Of a DNA stretch of 64,000 bases, positions 29,988-40,429 are shown piece by piece. Source of the DNA: Candidatus Thalassarchaeum betae. GTDB lineage: Archaea > Thermoplasmatota > Poseidoniia > Poseidoniales > Thalassarchaeaceae. The stretch covers positions 73,848-137,847 of the forward strand of contig PSPG01000008.1 of the NCBI GenBank assembly GCA_003193925.1. Direction: 5' to 3'. The notes beneath the pieces were generated by a model, which was not told where the DNA came from, made no database searches, and saw only the letters and a list, made by a program, of their open reading frames with translations. Each line of letters opens with the position of its first letter. Position 1 is the first letter of the stretch. Position numbers and translations under genes: made by a program.

Positions 29988-31160
29988 ATGGTGAGAACTC
30001 TCGTACTCACGGTTGACAGGGACAACGACCTCGGGGTCAAAGCCGGCATCCGCGGTCCGGTCATCGGTCGCAAGGCCACTTTGACAGCGGCCTTGCGTCT
30101 GGGCATCGCGGATCCCGAGGAGTCGGACACCAACGCGATCCTGGGGGCTCTGCGCCACCACGACAGGCTGGTCGAGAACGCGCAGGGCAACGATGAGATC
30201 GAAATCGCCCTGCTGACCGGCGATGTAAGGGTCGGGCCGCGCAGCGACCGGGCCATCGCGATGCAACTGGACGAGATTATCCAGGAGTTCCAGCCCGACT
30301 CGGCCGTGCTGGTCACCGACGGGGCCGACGACGAGGCTTCGCTTCCGATCATCACCTCAAGGGTGCGGGTCGACCACGTCGAGAAGATCATCGTAAGGCA
30401 GTCGAAGGGCATCGAGAGCACGTACTACTATGTCGCCAAGGCGATTGACGACCCGCGTTGGCGGGCCAAACTGCTCGTTCCGGTGGCCGTCTTCCTGATG
30501 ATCATCGGCCTCGGCCTGATCATCCCCGGAGGCGGGGCGCTGATCGGCGCCATGCCGCTGTTCATCGGTATCTGGCTCCTAGCCAAGGGGCTTGGCTGGG
30601 AGCAGCAGCTGGAGCGCCTGATGATCGACATGAGGGACAGTGCGACCGGGGGGATATGGTCGTCCCTGCTGTGGGGGCTGTCCATCGTCTCCGTGCTGCT
30701 GGCGGTACTCACAGCGTACCAGGTGTTCACTGCCTCGAGCACCGAAATCGACGCCTACGTCGCTTGGCTGGCCCTCGCTGATTTCAACGTGGACGCAGTG
30801 AACAGCGATCTCACGGTATGGGCCATCGCAGTCAACGAGGCTCTGACGTGGATCGTCGTCTCGGCGTTCTCCTTCGCCCTGTCCCTGGGTGTGCTGCGCT
30901 GGAAGGAGGGGAGCTTCACCGGACGCAGCCTGTTGCTGCTCGGGCTGGGCATTGTGGTCTACACCTTCGCCAAGGCGACCTTGGTGGTCATCCTCATCGA
31001 GATGGGGGGCGCCGACTACAGCCTCGACTACCAGAGCGTCTCCGACACCTGGGGGATGCCTGTGTTCACAATCATCCTGTACTACCTGCTGAGGACCGCA
31101 GTGCAGTCCGTCACGGAGGAAGAGGGCGTCAGCGGGGAGAACAGGTTCTGGGGCGTCTGA
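29988..31160 (+). CDS. DUF373 family membrane protein
   Basis: LVLTVDRDNDLG, DPEESDTN, VTDGADDE, VRQSKGIESTYY. Confidence 0.88.
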   Translation: MVRTLVLTVDRDNDLGVKAGIRGPVIGRKATLTAALRLGIADPEESDTNAILGALRHHDRLVENAQGNDEIEIALLTGDVRVGPRSDRAIAMQLDEIIQEFQPDSAVLVTDGADDEASLPIITSRVRVDHVEKIIVRQSKGIESTYYYVAKAIDDPRWRAKLLVPVAVFLMIIGLGLIIPGGGALIGAMPLFIGIWLLAKGLGWEQQLERLMIDMRDSATGGIWSSLLWGLSIVSVLLAVLTAYQVFTASSTEIDAYVAWLALADFNVDAVNSDLTVWAIAVNEALTWIVVSAFSFALSLGVLRWKEGSFTGRSLLLLGLGIVVYTFAKATLVVILIEMGGADYSLDYQSVSDTWGMPVFTIILYYLLRTAVQSVTEEEGVSGENRFWGV

Positions 31161-31577
31161 TCACGACTCGAATGTCGTGTCCATCATGCATGCGGGGCAC
31201 GTCACCCTGATTGGGCGGGTGTCGGGGATGCCCAGCGCGGAGTTGCAGTGAGGGCAGACTATGGCCTGTGTGGCCCTCTCCTGACGTGCCTTGCCGGTGT
31301 GGCTGGGGTCGTACCTGAATCGGTATTTGTGCGAGTCCTCGATGAAGTCGGGGCTGCCTTCCTTCTTCTTGTTCGGCTCCTTGAACTTGGACTCTCGTTT
31401 AGGGGCGGCGGCGGGTTGATTCTGATTGAAGCCACCGCTCTGGAAGTTCTCTATCTCGGCTTCGATCCCCTCGACGGTCATCCCCAAATCACGGGCGGCC
31501 TTGTCCACGGCGAGCTTGCGCTCGTAGTCGGACAGACCGATGAAATGCTGGAGGATGGTCGCGGGAATCTTCGCCAT
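31161..31577 (-). CDS. Hypothetical protein with C-terminal Zn ribbon
   Basis: CPHC...RPIRVTCPAC. Confidence 0.7.
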   Translation of the reverse strand: MAKIPATILQHFIGLSDYERKLAVDKAARDLGMTVEGIEAEIENFQSGGFNQNQPAAAPKRESKFKEPNKKKEGSPDFIEDSHKYRFRYDPSHTGKARQERATQAIVCPHCNSALGIPDTRPIRVTCPACMMDTTFES

Positions 31578-31681
31578 GCGCTCGCTCCGTTCGACCCGAG
31601 ATATCCTACCTCTTTGAATATCAACCCGTTCCCGTTCGCAGAGCAGTATCGCTAAGAGCGTTCGATTGCGATTGCCCCCCG

Positions 31682-32911
31682 ATGTTCCCGGAATGCATCG
31701 AGTGTCGCGGCACTCGAGGAATGTGCGGAATCTCCCCCTGTCCCCTGCTCGCTGACATCCGGGGCAGGTTGCCGGCGGCCGCGACGAGTTCGGTGAGCGA
31801 GTTGGTCGGCCCGAGCCCGCCCTCGCTGTTCGTAGGGAGGTACGGTTATCCCAAGGTGCGGACCGGCCCCAGCGCCGCATGGCTGGCTGACGAGGATGCG
31901 GATGCCGCCCCGCTGGTGAGCGGCGACCCAGCCGACCTCTTCGGAAGGCCACTGGAGGAGGTCGCTGCTCGTCACGCCAACCTAATCACCGGTGGGAGCG
32001 CGATGTCGGTGGAGAGCCCACGCTCGCCCGACGCCATGCTAGAGACGACGCAGCAGATAGCCATGGCCGAGAGCAGCGTCGACATCGAGCTGGACTTCGC
32101 CAAGCCCATCATGGTGGGCATGAATCCGACGTTCGACAGCATGAGCACCCCCCTAGGACCCTCAGGCGAGGTCCTACGGGCTGAGGTGGTGGGCCATGTC
32201 AGCATTCCGAGGAAGGTCGATGCGGTGGCCAACGAGGACGACCTGCTTGCTGTCGATGCCATGGATGAGCTGACAGAGGCCTCGATCGGCGAGGCTCAGA
32301 TTTCCCGCCTGCTCTCCTCGGGCTTGCTGGGTCGCGAAGGCAGCAGGAAACTAGTGCCGACAAGATGGAGCATCACAGCCACCGACGACATGCTCAGCAA
32401 GCGGCTGTGGGAGAGAGTCAGGGAGCACCCTTCCCTAGACAAGGTGCTGGTCTACGAGGCGACTTATCTCGACAACATCTTCCACATCATCCTCACTCCC
32501 GGGCTCTGGGCCTTCCACATGCTCGAGGCATGGACGCGGGGCTCGGTATGGACTGGGACTGGCAAGGTGCTGGGAGACTGGGAGGACCTCAAGCCGCGCA
32601 GCGAGTATGCGCACAGGATCACCGGAGCCTACTACTCTGCTAGACTGGGAGTGCTGGAGCAGATGGACTCGATGAGGCGCTCCGGCGCCTGCTTGCTCTG
32701 GCGAGACATCGGACCGGGCTACTGGGCGCCTGTCGGGGTCTGGCTGATCCGCGAGACCGTTCGCGAGGCGATGAAGCAGGCCCCGAAGCAGTTCGATTCC
32801 CTCAAGCAGGCCGTCGACTACGTTGCCCCGAGGGTCTCGGCTCCTGACGACCTGCGCAACAGCTGGTTCGTGAAGAGGAGTCGGCAGACCACGCTGGACT
32901 CGTTCGAGTGA
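31682..32911 (+). CDS. nreA: Nre family DNA repair protein
   Basis: CIECRG..CG..CP, SPPSLFVGRYGYPKV, LVPTRWSITATDD, PVGVWLIRE, C-terminal PIP box QTTLDSF. Confidence 0.93.
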   Translation: MFPECIECRGTRGMCGISPCPLLADIRGRLPAAATSSVSELVGPSPPSLFVGRYGYPKVRTGPSAAWLADEDADAAPLVSGDPADLFGRPLEEVAARHANLITGGSAMSVESPRSPDAMLETTQQIAMAESSVDIELDFAKPIMVGMNPTFDSMSTPLGPSGEVLRAEVVGHVSIPRKVDAVANEDDLLAVDAMDELTEASIGEAQISRLLSSGLLGREGSRKLVPTRWSITATDDMLSKRLWERVREHPSLDKVLVYEATYLDNIFHIILTPGLWAFHMLEAWTRGSVWTGTGKVLGDWEDLKPRSEYAHRITGAYYSARLGVLEQMDSMRRSGACLLWRDIGPGYWAPVGVWLIRETVREAMKQAPKQFDSLKQAVDYVAPRVSAPDDLRNSWFVKRSRQTTLDSFE

Positions 32912-33556
32912 TCAGCGCGACTTCTTGAGGAAGCCGCCGACGATCTCGCTCTCGGCCTTGACCAACTGCTCGGCCACAGTCGACTTGGACAGACCCAACT
33001 TGGAGGCGAGCCCCCTGATTGAAATCTTCTTTGGGACCTCGTACCAACCGTGCCGGTGAGCGATCTTGATGATTCTGTACTGCTGCAGGGTCGGGCCCTT
33101 CTGGACTATTCCCTCTGAATCCTTGGCCTTGGTGATGCGATCGACGGGTATCGCCCTCCTGAGCGCATTGAGGAAGGACACCAAGGAGGCCTGTCGGCCG
33201 GCGACCTGGATGATCAGCCCGCTCGATGTGATATTGCTCCCAGCGAGCAGAGTAAGGTCGCGAGAATGGAAGAACCGTCCGAGGAAGTCAGAATCGAAGT
33301 CGAGGATCACCAAGTGGTGGGTCAGATAGTCCGTGCTCCACTCTTCGATGATCTCCACGACTGTGATTCCTCCGACGCTGAAGCCTGGCGAAGGGCACCC
33401 TGCATCGGTGGTTATGCACTCGCACATCACGCGTAGGTTTCCGTCTACCTGGTCCAGTACTCCGCGGTAGTCCCAACTCACCGCTTGGAGGGCTGCTCGC
33501 GCCCTCGGGTCATGCACGATAGAGGGAATCGCGCACTCGACCCTGACGGCTCTCAT
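32912..33556 (-). CDS. HTH_10 (bacterio-opsin activator-type) regulator
   Basis: GWYEVPKKISIRGLASKLGLSKSTVAEQLVKAE. Confidence 0.85.
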   Translation of the reverse strand: MRAVRVECAIPSIVHDPRARAALQAVSWDYRGVLDQVDGNLRVMCECITTDAGCPSPGFSVGGITVVEIIEEWSTDYLTHHLVILDFDSDFLGRFFHSRDLTLLAGSNITSSGLIIQVAGRQASLVSFLNALRRAIPVDRITKAKDSEGIVQKGPTLQQYRIIKIAHRHGWYEVPKKISIRGLASKLGLSKSTVAEQLVKAESEIVGGFLKKSR

Positions 33557-33623
33557 AGGAGGTCCTCAGAGAATCGAGTCTCACCCGAGGTTATGAAAAT
33601 ACTTCATTGCTGCTCGTCTCGGC

Positions 33624-36600
33624 TCAATTTCTCCCTCTGCGCACCTTCTCCTCGTTCCTCACGATGGCCCTTGCCACCTCCGGTGAGTAACCGAGGTCGG
33701 ACAGGTCTCGCACTTCCTTCTCGGGTGTATTCAGAGCGTGGGATGAGCCCGAGCGCATCGATTCCTCGACAGACCGGGTTTGGTCTGCGAGCTCGTACCG
33801 TCCTCGTCCTCTCTGGGAGGACAGGACCATTCCTGCTAGCAGCAGGACCGTCAGGCTGCCGATGATCAACGTCATGAAGGCGTTGCTGCGCAGCGTGTGT
33901 AGTATCCTGCCGGAGACGTGGTCGTCCTCTATCGAGTCCATGCAGCCGTCGCCGTCGATGTCGTTGTCCGAGTTGGAGTTCCAGTTGATTAGGCCCAGTG
34001 GGCAGCTGTCCTCGGAGTCCGGCACCCCGTCGCCGTCGTCGTCCCAGTCCTCGGTCTCGTCGTCGCAGCCGTCCCTGTCGTAGTCCGAGTTCACCGTCAT
34101 GCTGTTCGGGCACTGGTCATCGGCGTCGAGGACGTTGTCGCCGTCGTCGTCCCAGTCCTCGGTCTCGTCGTCGCAGCCGTCCCTGTCGAAGTCGGTGATG
34201 AGAGTCGATACCCAATCCGAGGTTGGGTCGCCCTCGCAGTTGTCGAAGGCCGACTCGATGCCGTCGTTGTCGAGGTCGTTGTCCTCGGTGTAGTCGTCGC
34301 AGCCGTCGCCGTCGAGGTCGGTGTGGGACTCGGCTGTTAGCACGCTGCGCACGCAGCTGTCCTCGAAGTCGGAATAGCCGTCACCGTCGTCGTCGCTGTC
34401 CTCGTTGGCGTCGTTGCAGCCGTCGGAGTCCCAGTCGTTGAGCGGGGTCGAGATCCAACCGAGCATGCCCCTCGGGCACTCATCGAACTCGCCCAGCACG
34501 CCATCGTTGTCGATGTCCATGTCCTCGGCGACGTCGTGGCATCCGTCTGAGTCGTAGTCGCTCGACGGATCGGAGAACCACAGGGTCATGCCCAGCGGGC
34601 AGAGGTCGTCGGCGTCGGTGACGCCGTCGTTGTCGTCGTCCTCGTCCTCCTGGAGGTCGTGGCAGCCGTCGCCGTCGTGGTCGAAGATGGTGCTGCTCCA
34701 CCCCACGACGCCCACGGGGCAGTCGTCCTCGGCGTCGGGGTACGGGTCGTTGTCGTCGTTGTCGTCCTCGTCGGCGTCGCGACAGCCGTCGCCGTCGTGG
34801 TCCTCGGCGAAGGAGCCCCAGTACTGCGCGCCGTTAGGACACAGGTCGAGGTAGTTCTCGACGCCGTCGCCGTCGGTGTCCGGGTCCTCGTGGAGGTCGT
34901 CGCACCCGTCAGCGTCCAGATCGACGTGCTCACCCATGTAGCCGGACGGGCATGAGTCATAGGCGTCGGGATAAGCATCGTTGTCGTCGTTGAGGTCCTC
35001 GGAGGCGTCTCTGCAGCCGTCGCCGTCGTGGTCGGTGTCGATGTCCGAGGTCCAGCCGGTCTCGCCGAACTGGCAGTCGTCCTCGTCGTCGGTGACGCCG
35101 TCGCCGTCATCGTCGTTCCAGTCGGCCTCGTTGACGAGGTTGACCAAGATGGTCTTGCTAGTCGTAGCCTCGGCCTTGGTGGAGGAAGTCACGGTGACGG
35201 TCAGGTGGAACGTCTGGTCATCGTTGACCTCCTGCAGGCTCGGAGCGCGCAGGAACAGGTCGAGGTCGCTCGTGGTACCCTCGATCAGGGTCGTGGTAGA
35301 CTGGTACGACTTCGAGAAGCCGACGTCGACGAACCAGTCATCCGGGGCGCCATGCGCATCTGTGATCACGATGTCACTGCCACCCGATACCCTGATTCCG
35401 CGGAGCATCATCTCCACGTTGGTGGACTCGCCGGGCCCTAGGGTGATCTCGTCTGGCTGGGCGGGGGCCAACTCGATGACCATGTTGTAGACGTTCTCGG
35501 ACCACATGCAGACGTCCCACCTGTCCGCTGAGGACGAGGTCTCGGAGCAGTCGGGCGTGGTCCAGATGATCTCCCTGTCGGGCCAGTCGAAGTTGACGAT
35601 TGGCTGGGAGCTGCTGTCGAGACCGGTTCCGAAGACGCCCATCAGGTTGTCAGTGCTGGTGGCGATGATGCGGGTGTTGATGACCCCATAGGCCTGCTCG
35701 AGGGTCCGACCCAGTGGCATCTCGCCGTCTTCCAACTGCGGCGACACGATGCGGGTCCAGCGCAACTCGACCCTGCTGTTCTCGTCACCGGTACCCGACA
35801 TCGACTCGAACCAGGTGATATGGATCGAGCCGTCGTTGTCGAAGTCGACCCGGGGGTTGGAGCCCCAAGTCATGTCGGAGCCTATTACAGCTGAATCAGT
35901 TACCACTGCGACTTGACTCATTTCTAGGCCATCAGCCTCGCCGTCGAGTGCACCAGCGCGGTCGAGGTCAATCTGCATGTAGTGCAACTGCGACGGGCCG
36001 ACCTTGCTGGGAATCGTAGAGCGACCATCTACCCAGACGACGTGGATATTGCCATCATCGTCCACGTTGACATCTGGGCTGGAACTCCAACCGTGGCCAT
36101 TGGTAAGGCGCGTGTCGTTGACCAGCACGAAGTGGCCTATTGTCCCCCAACCACTGCCGTCTTCCTGCCAGACGTAGTCAAGCGCGGGTCCGATGTCCTC
36201 CACATACTGGCCGGTGTCTGGATCAATTGACGTGGCTGAATCGCCAGGCCTCCAGGTTGTACGCGGGTTGTTGAGAAGTGAATATGGATTTAGTACGGTG
36301 AGGAATGTTTCTGTCGAGCCGGTGCCAGAGGTGAGAGCGATGATCGACTGAACCAGCGCCTGCATCTCCTCGGTGTAGTTAGCGAGCGGGACGACGACAT
36401 CATCGATCCAGACAGCGTCGCTGCCTGCGCTGACGCTGCCGTCCTTGACGTAGGCCCACTTCAGAGTGTGCTGGCCGAGTGAGACCGGAGTGGAGAAGTT
36501 GCCACTCTGCGAGCCTGACCACTGGGCGATCTGAGCGCCGTCGATGGAGAAGGTCAGGAAGTCGTAGTTCGCCTCCGACGAGACGTTGTAGGCGAAGGTG

Positions 36601-38786
36601 ACGGTGCCGTTGGAAAGCACCCCGGTGAACTCCAGATTGGTGTTGTCGCCGTCGGAAATATCTCCGGATCTGGCCGAGTACGCACCTGAGATGGGGGTCG
36701 AGGGGGGATTGGACGAAGAGACGTACGAGTAGTCAGCCGATACCGAGGTTCCTCCGTCGCCGTAGGTGTCATTCAGGTAAATTGTGTAATTCCCTGCGCC
36801 GGTGAAACTTACCAGAACCCCATTGTAGTAATTGTAGACAGTGCTGCTATTGAATGAAGCAACTGTTCCATCGGGTAGAATGACATCCATGCTGAATTCG
36901 GATGCCCAGTTGTCCACGGTTACCGTCAGGTCGGCTGTGACCCCGGCGGGTTGCGTGTAGTTGCACGACACAGAGTAGAACGACGGGTTGTTTGTGGTCC
37001 CCCCGATATCGCACAGGTTGGCTTGAGAGTAGACGTTGCCGTTGTTGGCCGCTTCCACGTACCACATCGAGGTCCCGGACACGCCCCAGCCGTTGGTCAG
37101 GTAGCCCGACTCGAAGTCGCCCTCGAAGTTAGCCATGTTGTCGGTCGGGTAGAGGAACATGTCGCCTTCCGCATCTGTGGTGTTGACCGCGGAGTCGTCA
37201 CAGGTTCTGTCCTGTATCCCCGTGGTGTTGGAAGCGCACTGAGCGAGATCCATCATGTGAGAGCGGACGTGTGTGTCATTTGCCCATATCGTGCTCGCGC
37301 CGTAGGAGGTGGTGCCAGCCACCGGGATGGGGATGATGCCGGCGCTGACGCAGGCATCGTGGGCCTCGCTGATGCTCTGGTAATCGTTTGCCTCCTGAGC
37401 CTGATAGCCGTTGCCCGAGCCGCCGTACGGGCCCTCGTCTGAGACCGGGATGACCAGTTTGGTGGCGTTGGGATTCCACTTGTGGTCAGCGGCCGTGGCC
37501 GGGTTGCCCGGGGTCATGCCCGAGTTGTCCCGCCAAGACAGGCATGCCCAGGTCGAGCCGGGGCCCCACATCTCGCTGTTGTAACCCCAATCTGGCGGGA
37601 TGGTGAGTGAGGAGTTGTTGTACATGACAGCGTCCAGGGTGCGGATTCCCCCCGTCGTGTCAGATGAGTTCTGTCCGAGGTACGAGGTTCTGGGTCCCTC
37701 AGAGCCGCTGCCACCGATTATGTAGCCATCTTCGCAGTTCTTGTGCGTAGCAGCGTGGGACATCTGCCCGCTGATGGCGTAAAGAGTCTCGAGAACGGTG
37801 ATGCTGGCCTGCTCGAGCAGCGGCTTGACTCCCTGGAAGTACTCGCCGCTGGTCAGGTTGCCACCGTAGAACACAGCGCAGATATCCTCCCACTCCGCGG
37901 TCATCGAGCCGGAGGAGTCGAGCAGCGCGACGTACTCGACGAGGCTGCCTCGCGTGTCCTCCCAGACCACGATGACGGTGTTGTTGGCTCCCATCGATAT
38001 TGCCGGGTTGCCCTTGAACCCGAGTGCCGGTGTGATGATCGAGTTGTTGATCTGGACGGAGAAGTTCCCCGACGAGTCGTATGTCAGCATCGTGTAGTAA
38101 ATCAGCGGGGTGCCGAAGTACAGCCCCTGCGAGTCGTAGGTGTCGACCCAGACCACGTGAGCCCCGTCGTAGGAGTCGATGGCGATGTCGGGGTCGTCGC
38201 GCACTCCGGTGCCGTCTGCGACGGTGTAGGAGACCAGCGTCATGTTGGCGATGTCGCCGGAATCGCCGTCCCGGTCGTCCAAAGCGGGGTCGATAAGGGT
38301 GTACAGGATCTCGAGGTCGGTTATCGCCCAGACGATGTGAGCCCGGTTGTTAGAGTCGACCACCAGAGACGGGCTGGAGATGGCTGAGGAGCTGTTGGAG
38401 CCGATCAGGGTGTTGGATATCAGCACGGCATCGACGCCAGTGGTGGCTATCAGAGCGTACTGGAGAAGCGGCTGGGAGCCGTTCTCGATCCACACCAGAT
38501 GGACTCTGCTCTGGTTGTCCATGACGCCTGTGACCTCGACCGGGTTCGATGTGTTGAGGCTCGACATCAGCGTCTGCGTGGAGCTGTCGTTCAGCGTGTT
38601 GTTGGCCGTGTCGTGCCGACTCTCGACTGGTTCGAGGAAGGAGGGGTCGGTCGACATCGAGGGCGCGAACACAGAGGCTACCATCAGGAAGGACAGGAAG
38701 AGCGTCAGATGCGTCTTCCGGGTATTCTCGTTTCTAACACGCCTCAGCGGCGGGCAATCATATGTTGGGGCGGGCTGTCGAACCAT
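33624..38786 (-). CDS. Giant cell-surface protein: vWA-like and beta-sandwich domains, thrombospondin type 3 repeats, C-terminal TM
   Basis: Signal-like N-term; LLDSSGSM (MIDAS); many DxDxDGCxD/DxDxDGxxDxxDxCP repeats; TM FMTLIIGSLTVLLLAGMVL; start uncertain. Confidence 0.88.
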   Translation of the reverse strand: MVRQPAPTYDCPPLRRVRNENTRKTHLTLFLSFLMVASVFAPSMSTDPSFLEPVESRHDTANNTLNDSSTQTLMSSLNTSNPVEVTGVMDNQSRVHLVWIENGSQPLLQYALIATTGVDAVLISNTLIGSNSSSAISSPSLVVDSNNRAHIVWAITDLEILYTLIDPALDDRDGDSGDIANMTLVSYTVADGTGVRDDPDIAIDSYDGAHVVWVDTYDSQGLYFGTPLIYYTMLTYDSSGNFSVQINNSIITPALGFKGNPAISMGANNTVIVVWEDTRGSLVEYVALLDSSGSMTAEWEDICAVFYGGNLTSGEYFQGVKPLLEQASITVLETLYAISGQMSHAATHKNCEDGYIIGGSGSEGPRTSYLGQNSSDTTGGIRTLDAVMYNNSSLTIPPDWGYNSEMWGPGSTWACLSWRDNSGMTPGNPATAADHKWNPNATKLVIPVSDEGPYGGSGNGYQAQEANDYQSISEAHDACVSAGIIPIPVAGTTSYGASTIWANDTHVRSHMMDLAQCASNTTGIQDRTCDDSAVNTTDAEGDMFLYPTDNMANFEGDFESGYLTNGWGVSGTSMWYVEAANNGNVYSQANLCDIGGTTNNPSFYSVSCNYTQPAGVTADLTVTVDNWASEFSMDVILPDGTVASFNSSTVYNYYNGVLVSFTGAGNYTIYLNDTYGDGGTSVSADYSYVSSSNPPSTPISGAYSARSGDISDGDNTNLEFTGVLSNGTVTFAYNVSSEANYDFLTFSIDGAQIAQWSGSQSGNFSTPVSLGQHTLKWAYVKDGSVSAGSDAVWIDDVVVPLANYTEEMQALVQSIIALTSGTGSTETFLTVLNPYSLLNNPRTTWRPGDSATSIDPDTGQYVEDIGPALDYVWQEDGSGWGTIGHFVLVNDTRLTNGHGWSSSPDVNVDDDGNIHVVWVDGRSTIPSKVGPSQLHYMQIDLDRAGALDGEADGLEMSQVAVVTDSAVIGSDMTWGSNPRVDFDNDGSIHITWFESMSGTGDENSRVELRWTRIVSPQLEDGEMPLGRTLEQAYGVINTRIIATSTDNLMGVFGTGLDSSSQPIVNFDWPDREIIWTTPDCSETSSSADRWDVCMWSENVYNMVIELAPAQPDEITLGPGESTNVEMMLRGIRVSGGSDIVITDAHGAPDDWFVDVGFSKSYQSTTTLIEGTTSDLDLFLRAPSLQEVNDDQTFHLTVTVTSSTKAEATTSKTILVNLVNEADWNDDDGDGVTDDEDDCQFGETGWTSDIDTDHDGDGCRDASEDLNDDNDAYPDAYDSCPSGYMGEHVDLDADGCDDLHEDPDTDGDGVENYLDLCPNGAQYWGSFAEDHDGDGCRDADEDDNDDNDPYPDAEDDCPVGVVGWSSTIFDHDGDGCHDLQEDEDDDNDGVTDADDLCPLGMTLWFSDPSSDYDSDGCHDVAEDMDIDNDGVLGEFDECPRGMLGWISTPLNDWDSDGCNDANEDSDDDGDGYSDFEDSCVRSVLTAESHTDLDGDGCDDYTEDNDLDNDGIESAFDNCEGDPTSDWVSTLITDFDRDGCDDETEDWDDDGDNVLDADDQCPNSMTVNSDYDRDGCDDETEDWDDDGDGVPDSEDSCPLGLINWNSNSDNDIDGDGCMDSIEDDHVSGRILHTLRSNAFMTLIIGSLTVLLLAGMVLSSQRGRGRYELADQTRSVEESMRSGSSHALNTPEKEVRDLSDLGYSPEVARAIVRNEEKVRRGRN
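33940..35120 (-). repeat. TSP3-like Ca-binding repeat tract (coding)
   Basis: About 11 units of ~36-38 aa; identical 52-bp copies at 34029-34080 and 34137-34188. Confidence 0.9.
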
Positions 38787-38861
38787 GCTTGGCCAAAGCC
38801 AGGCATACCCATAGTAGGGTCGCCGGACAGGTCCGCTAAAGCCCGATTCCAGCGTTTTTCG

Positions 38862-40097
38862 TCAGGAGAGGAGGGCATCGATGCGCTCATCGTGGATGCG
38901 CTCCCAGGAGAAGTGCCCATCGTCGGTCGGGGGGCGCGCGAAGTGACCCCCTGTGGCCGTGGCTAGGAAGATGGGGCGCTTCAGGTCGAGGTCCGCGACA
39001 ATCGCTGCCGGACGGAAGTCAAAGACTTCCGAGACTCGGGCCTTCAACTCGATGTCGCTGAGCTTGCCGGTCCCGATAGTGTCCACTCGCAGGCTGACGG
39101 GATTGGCCTCACCGATCACGTAGGCCACCTGGATCTCACAGTGCTCGGCCAAGCCTGCCGCGACCACGTGCTTGGCCGCCCAGCGCGCGCAGTAGGCCGC
39201 TGAGCGGTCGACCTTGCTCGCGTCCTTGCCGCTGAACGCGCCGCCACCGTGCCTGCACATGCCGCCGTACGCGTCGACGACTATCTTGCGTCCGGTGATA
39301 CCGGCGTCCGAGTACGGGCCACCCGGGTCGGCGAAGCGGCCGGTGCCGTTGACTACCAGCCTGTAGCCGTGCTGCAGCCAGCGCGCGGGAATCGCATGCT
39401 CGACCACGTGCTCGCGCACCTGCGCGGTGACGAACTCACGCTCGGCTTCCTCGGAGTCGTCGAAGCGCTCCTTGAGGGCTGCATCGTGCTGTACTGCGAC
39501 AACCACGGTCCTGACGCAGTTGGGCGCGCCGTCCTCGTACTCCACTGTGACCATGCTCTTGCCGTCGGGGCGCATCCAAGGAATCTCGCCACTGCGCTGG
39601 ATGATGTCCAAGCGGCGGGTGATCCGCTGTGCCAGAGCCGCGGCGACGGGGAAGTATCGGTCACGCAGCTCGTCGTCCTGCTCGGTCTCTGTGCAGGCAT
39701 AGCCGAACATCATGCCTTGGTCGCCCGCGCCCTGTGAGTCCGGGTCGCCGCCATCGACGCCCTGGCTGATGTCCGGCGACTGGGTGGTGATGTGCAGTTG
39801 GACATCGCAGAGCTCGATTGAGGTGGCGTCCATGCCGATGGCGTGGTCGTTGTAACCGATGTCGGCGGCGGTCTGGCGCGCGATGGCCTCGTAGTCCGGC
39901 GCATCGCCGTCCAGGCTGACCTCTCCAGCGAGGATGATGACGGAGCCATCGGCTCTGCCCTTCACGAGCGTCTCCACGGCCACGCGAGCGTTTGGGTCGA
40001 CTGTCAGACAGGCATCGACAATCGCGTCCGAGATGGAGTCGCATATCTTGTCAGGGTGGCCGGAGGCCACCGACTCGGAGGTGAACATGGCCGCCAT
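38862..40097 (-). CDS. metK: S-adenosylmethionine synthetase, bacterial/eukaryotic type
   Basis: FTSESV..GHPDKICD, GAGDQG, GRKIVVD, GGGAFSGKD. Confidence 0.96.
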   Translation of the reverse strand: MAAMFTSESVASGHPDKICDSISDAIVDACLTVDPNARVAVETLVKGRADGSVIILAGEVSLDGDAPDYEAIARQTAADIGYNDHAIGMDATSIELCDVQLHITTQSPDISQGVDGGDPDSQGAGDQGMMFGYACTETEQDDELRDRYFPVAAALAQRITRRLDIIQRSGEIPWMRPDGKSMVTVEYEDGAPNCVRTVVVAVQHDAALKERFDDSEEAEREFVTAQVREHVVEHAIPARWLQHGYRLVVNGTGRFADPGGPYSDAGITGRKIVVDAYGGMCRHGGGAFSGKDASKVDRSAAYCARWAAKHVVAAGLAEHCEIQVAYVIGEANPVSLRVDTIGTGKLSDIELKARVSEVFDFRPAAIVADLDLKRPIFLATATGGHFARPPTDDGHFSWERIHDERIDALLS

Positions 40098-40183
40098 GGT
40101 CCCGCATGCGGACCATTCCCCTTGATGAGTTTTCGGAGATTGGCAACCGCAGTAGCGAAAGCGCGATGCGTCGTCCGAGTCTC

Positions 40184-40429
40184 ATGGGCAGGGTCGAGGC
40201 GGAGATTGTCTGGACTGGCTCCAGAGCGCGTGCAGAGGCCCTGTTGGCGGCCGTGGCGCCCGATGACCCCGAGTCATTCGACGCCGAGATCGTCGATGTC
40301 GGAGGAAGTTCGGAATTGCGGATTCGTGTCATTGGCGAGAAGCTCAAGACGGTGCGCTCGACGGTGGACGACCTCTTGGCGTGCCTCGCTGCAGCAGAGT
40401 CGGGTCTCGACGTCATCGACGGGGCTTGA
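40184..40429 (+). CDS. pcc1: KEOPS subunit Pcc1-like
   Basis: ~80 aa; AVAPDD; LKTVRSTVDDLLACLAAAE. Confidence 0.7.
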   Translation: MGRVEAEIVWTGSRARAEALLAAVAPDDPESFDAEIVDVGGSSELRIRVIGEKLKTVRSTVDDLLACLAAAESGLDVIDGA

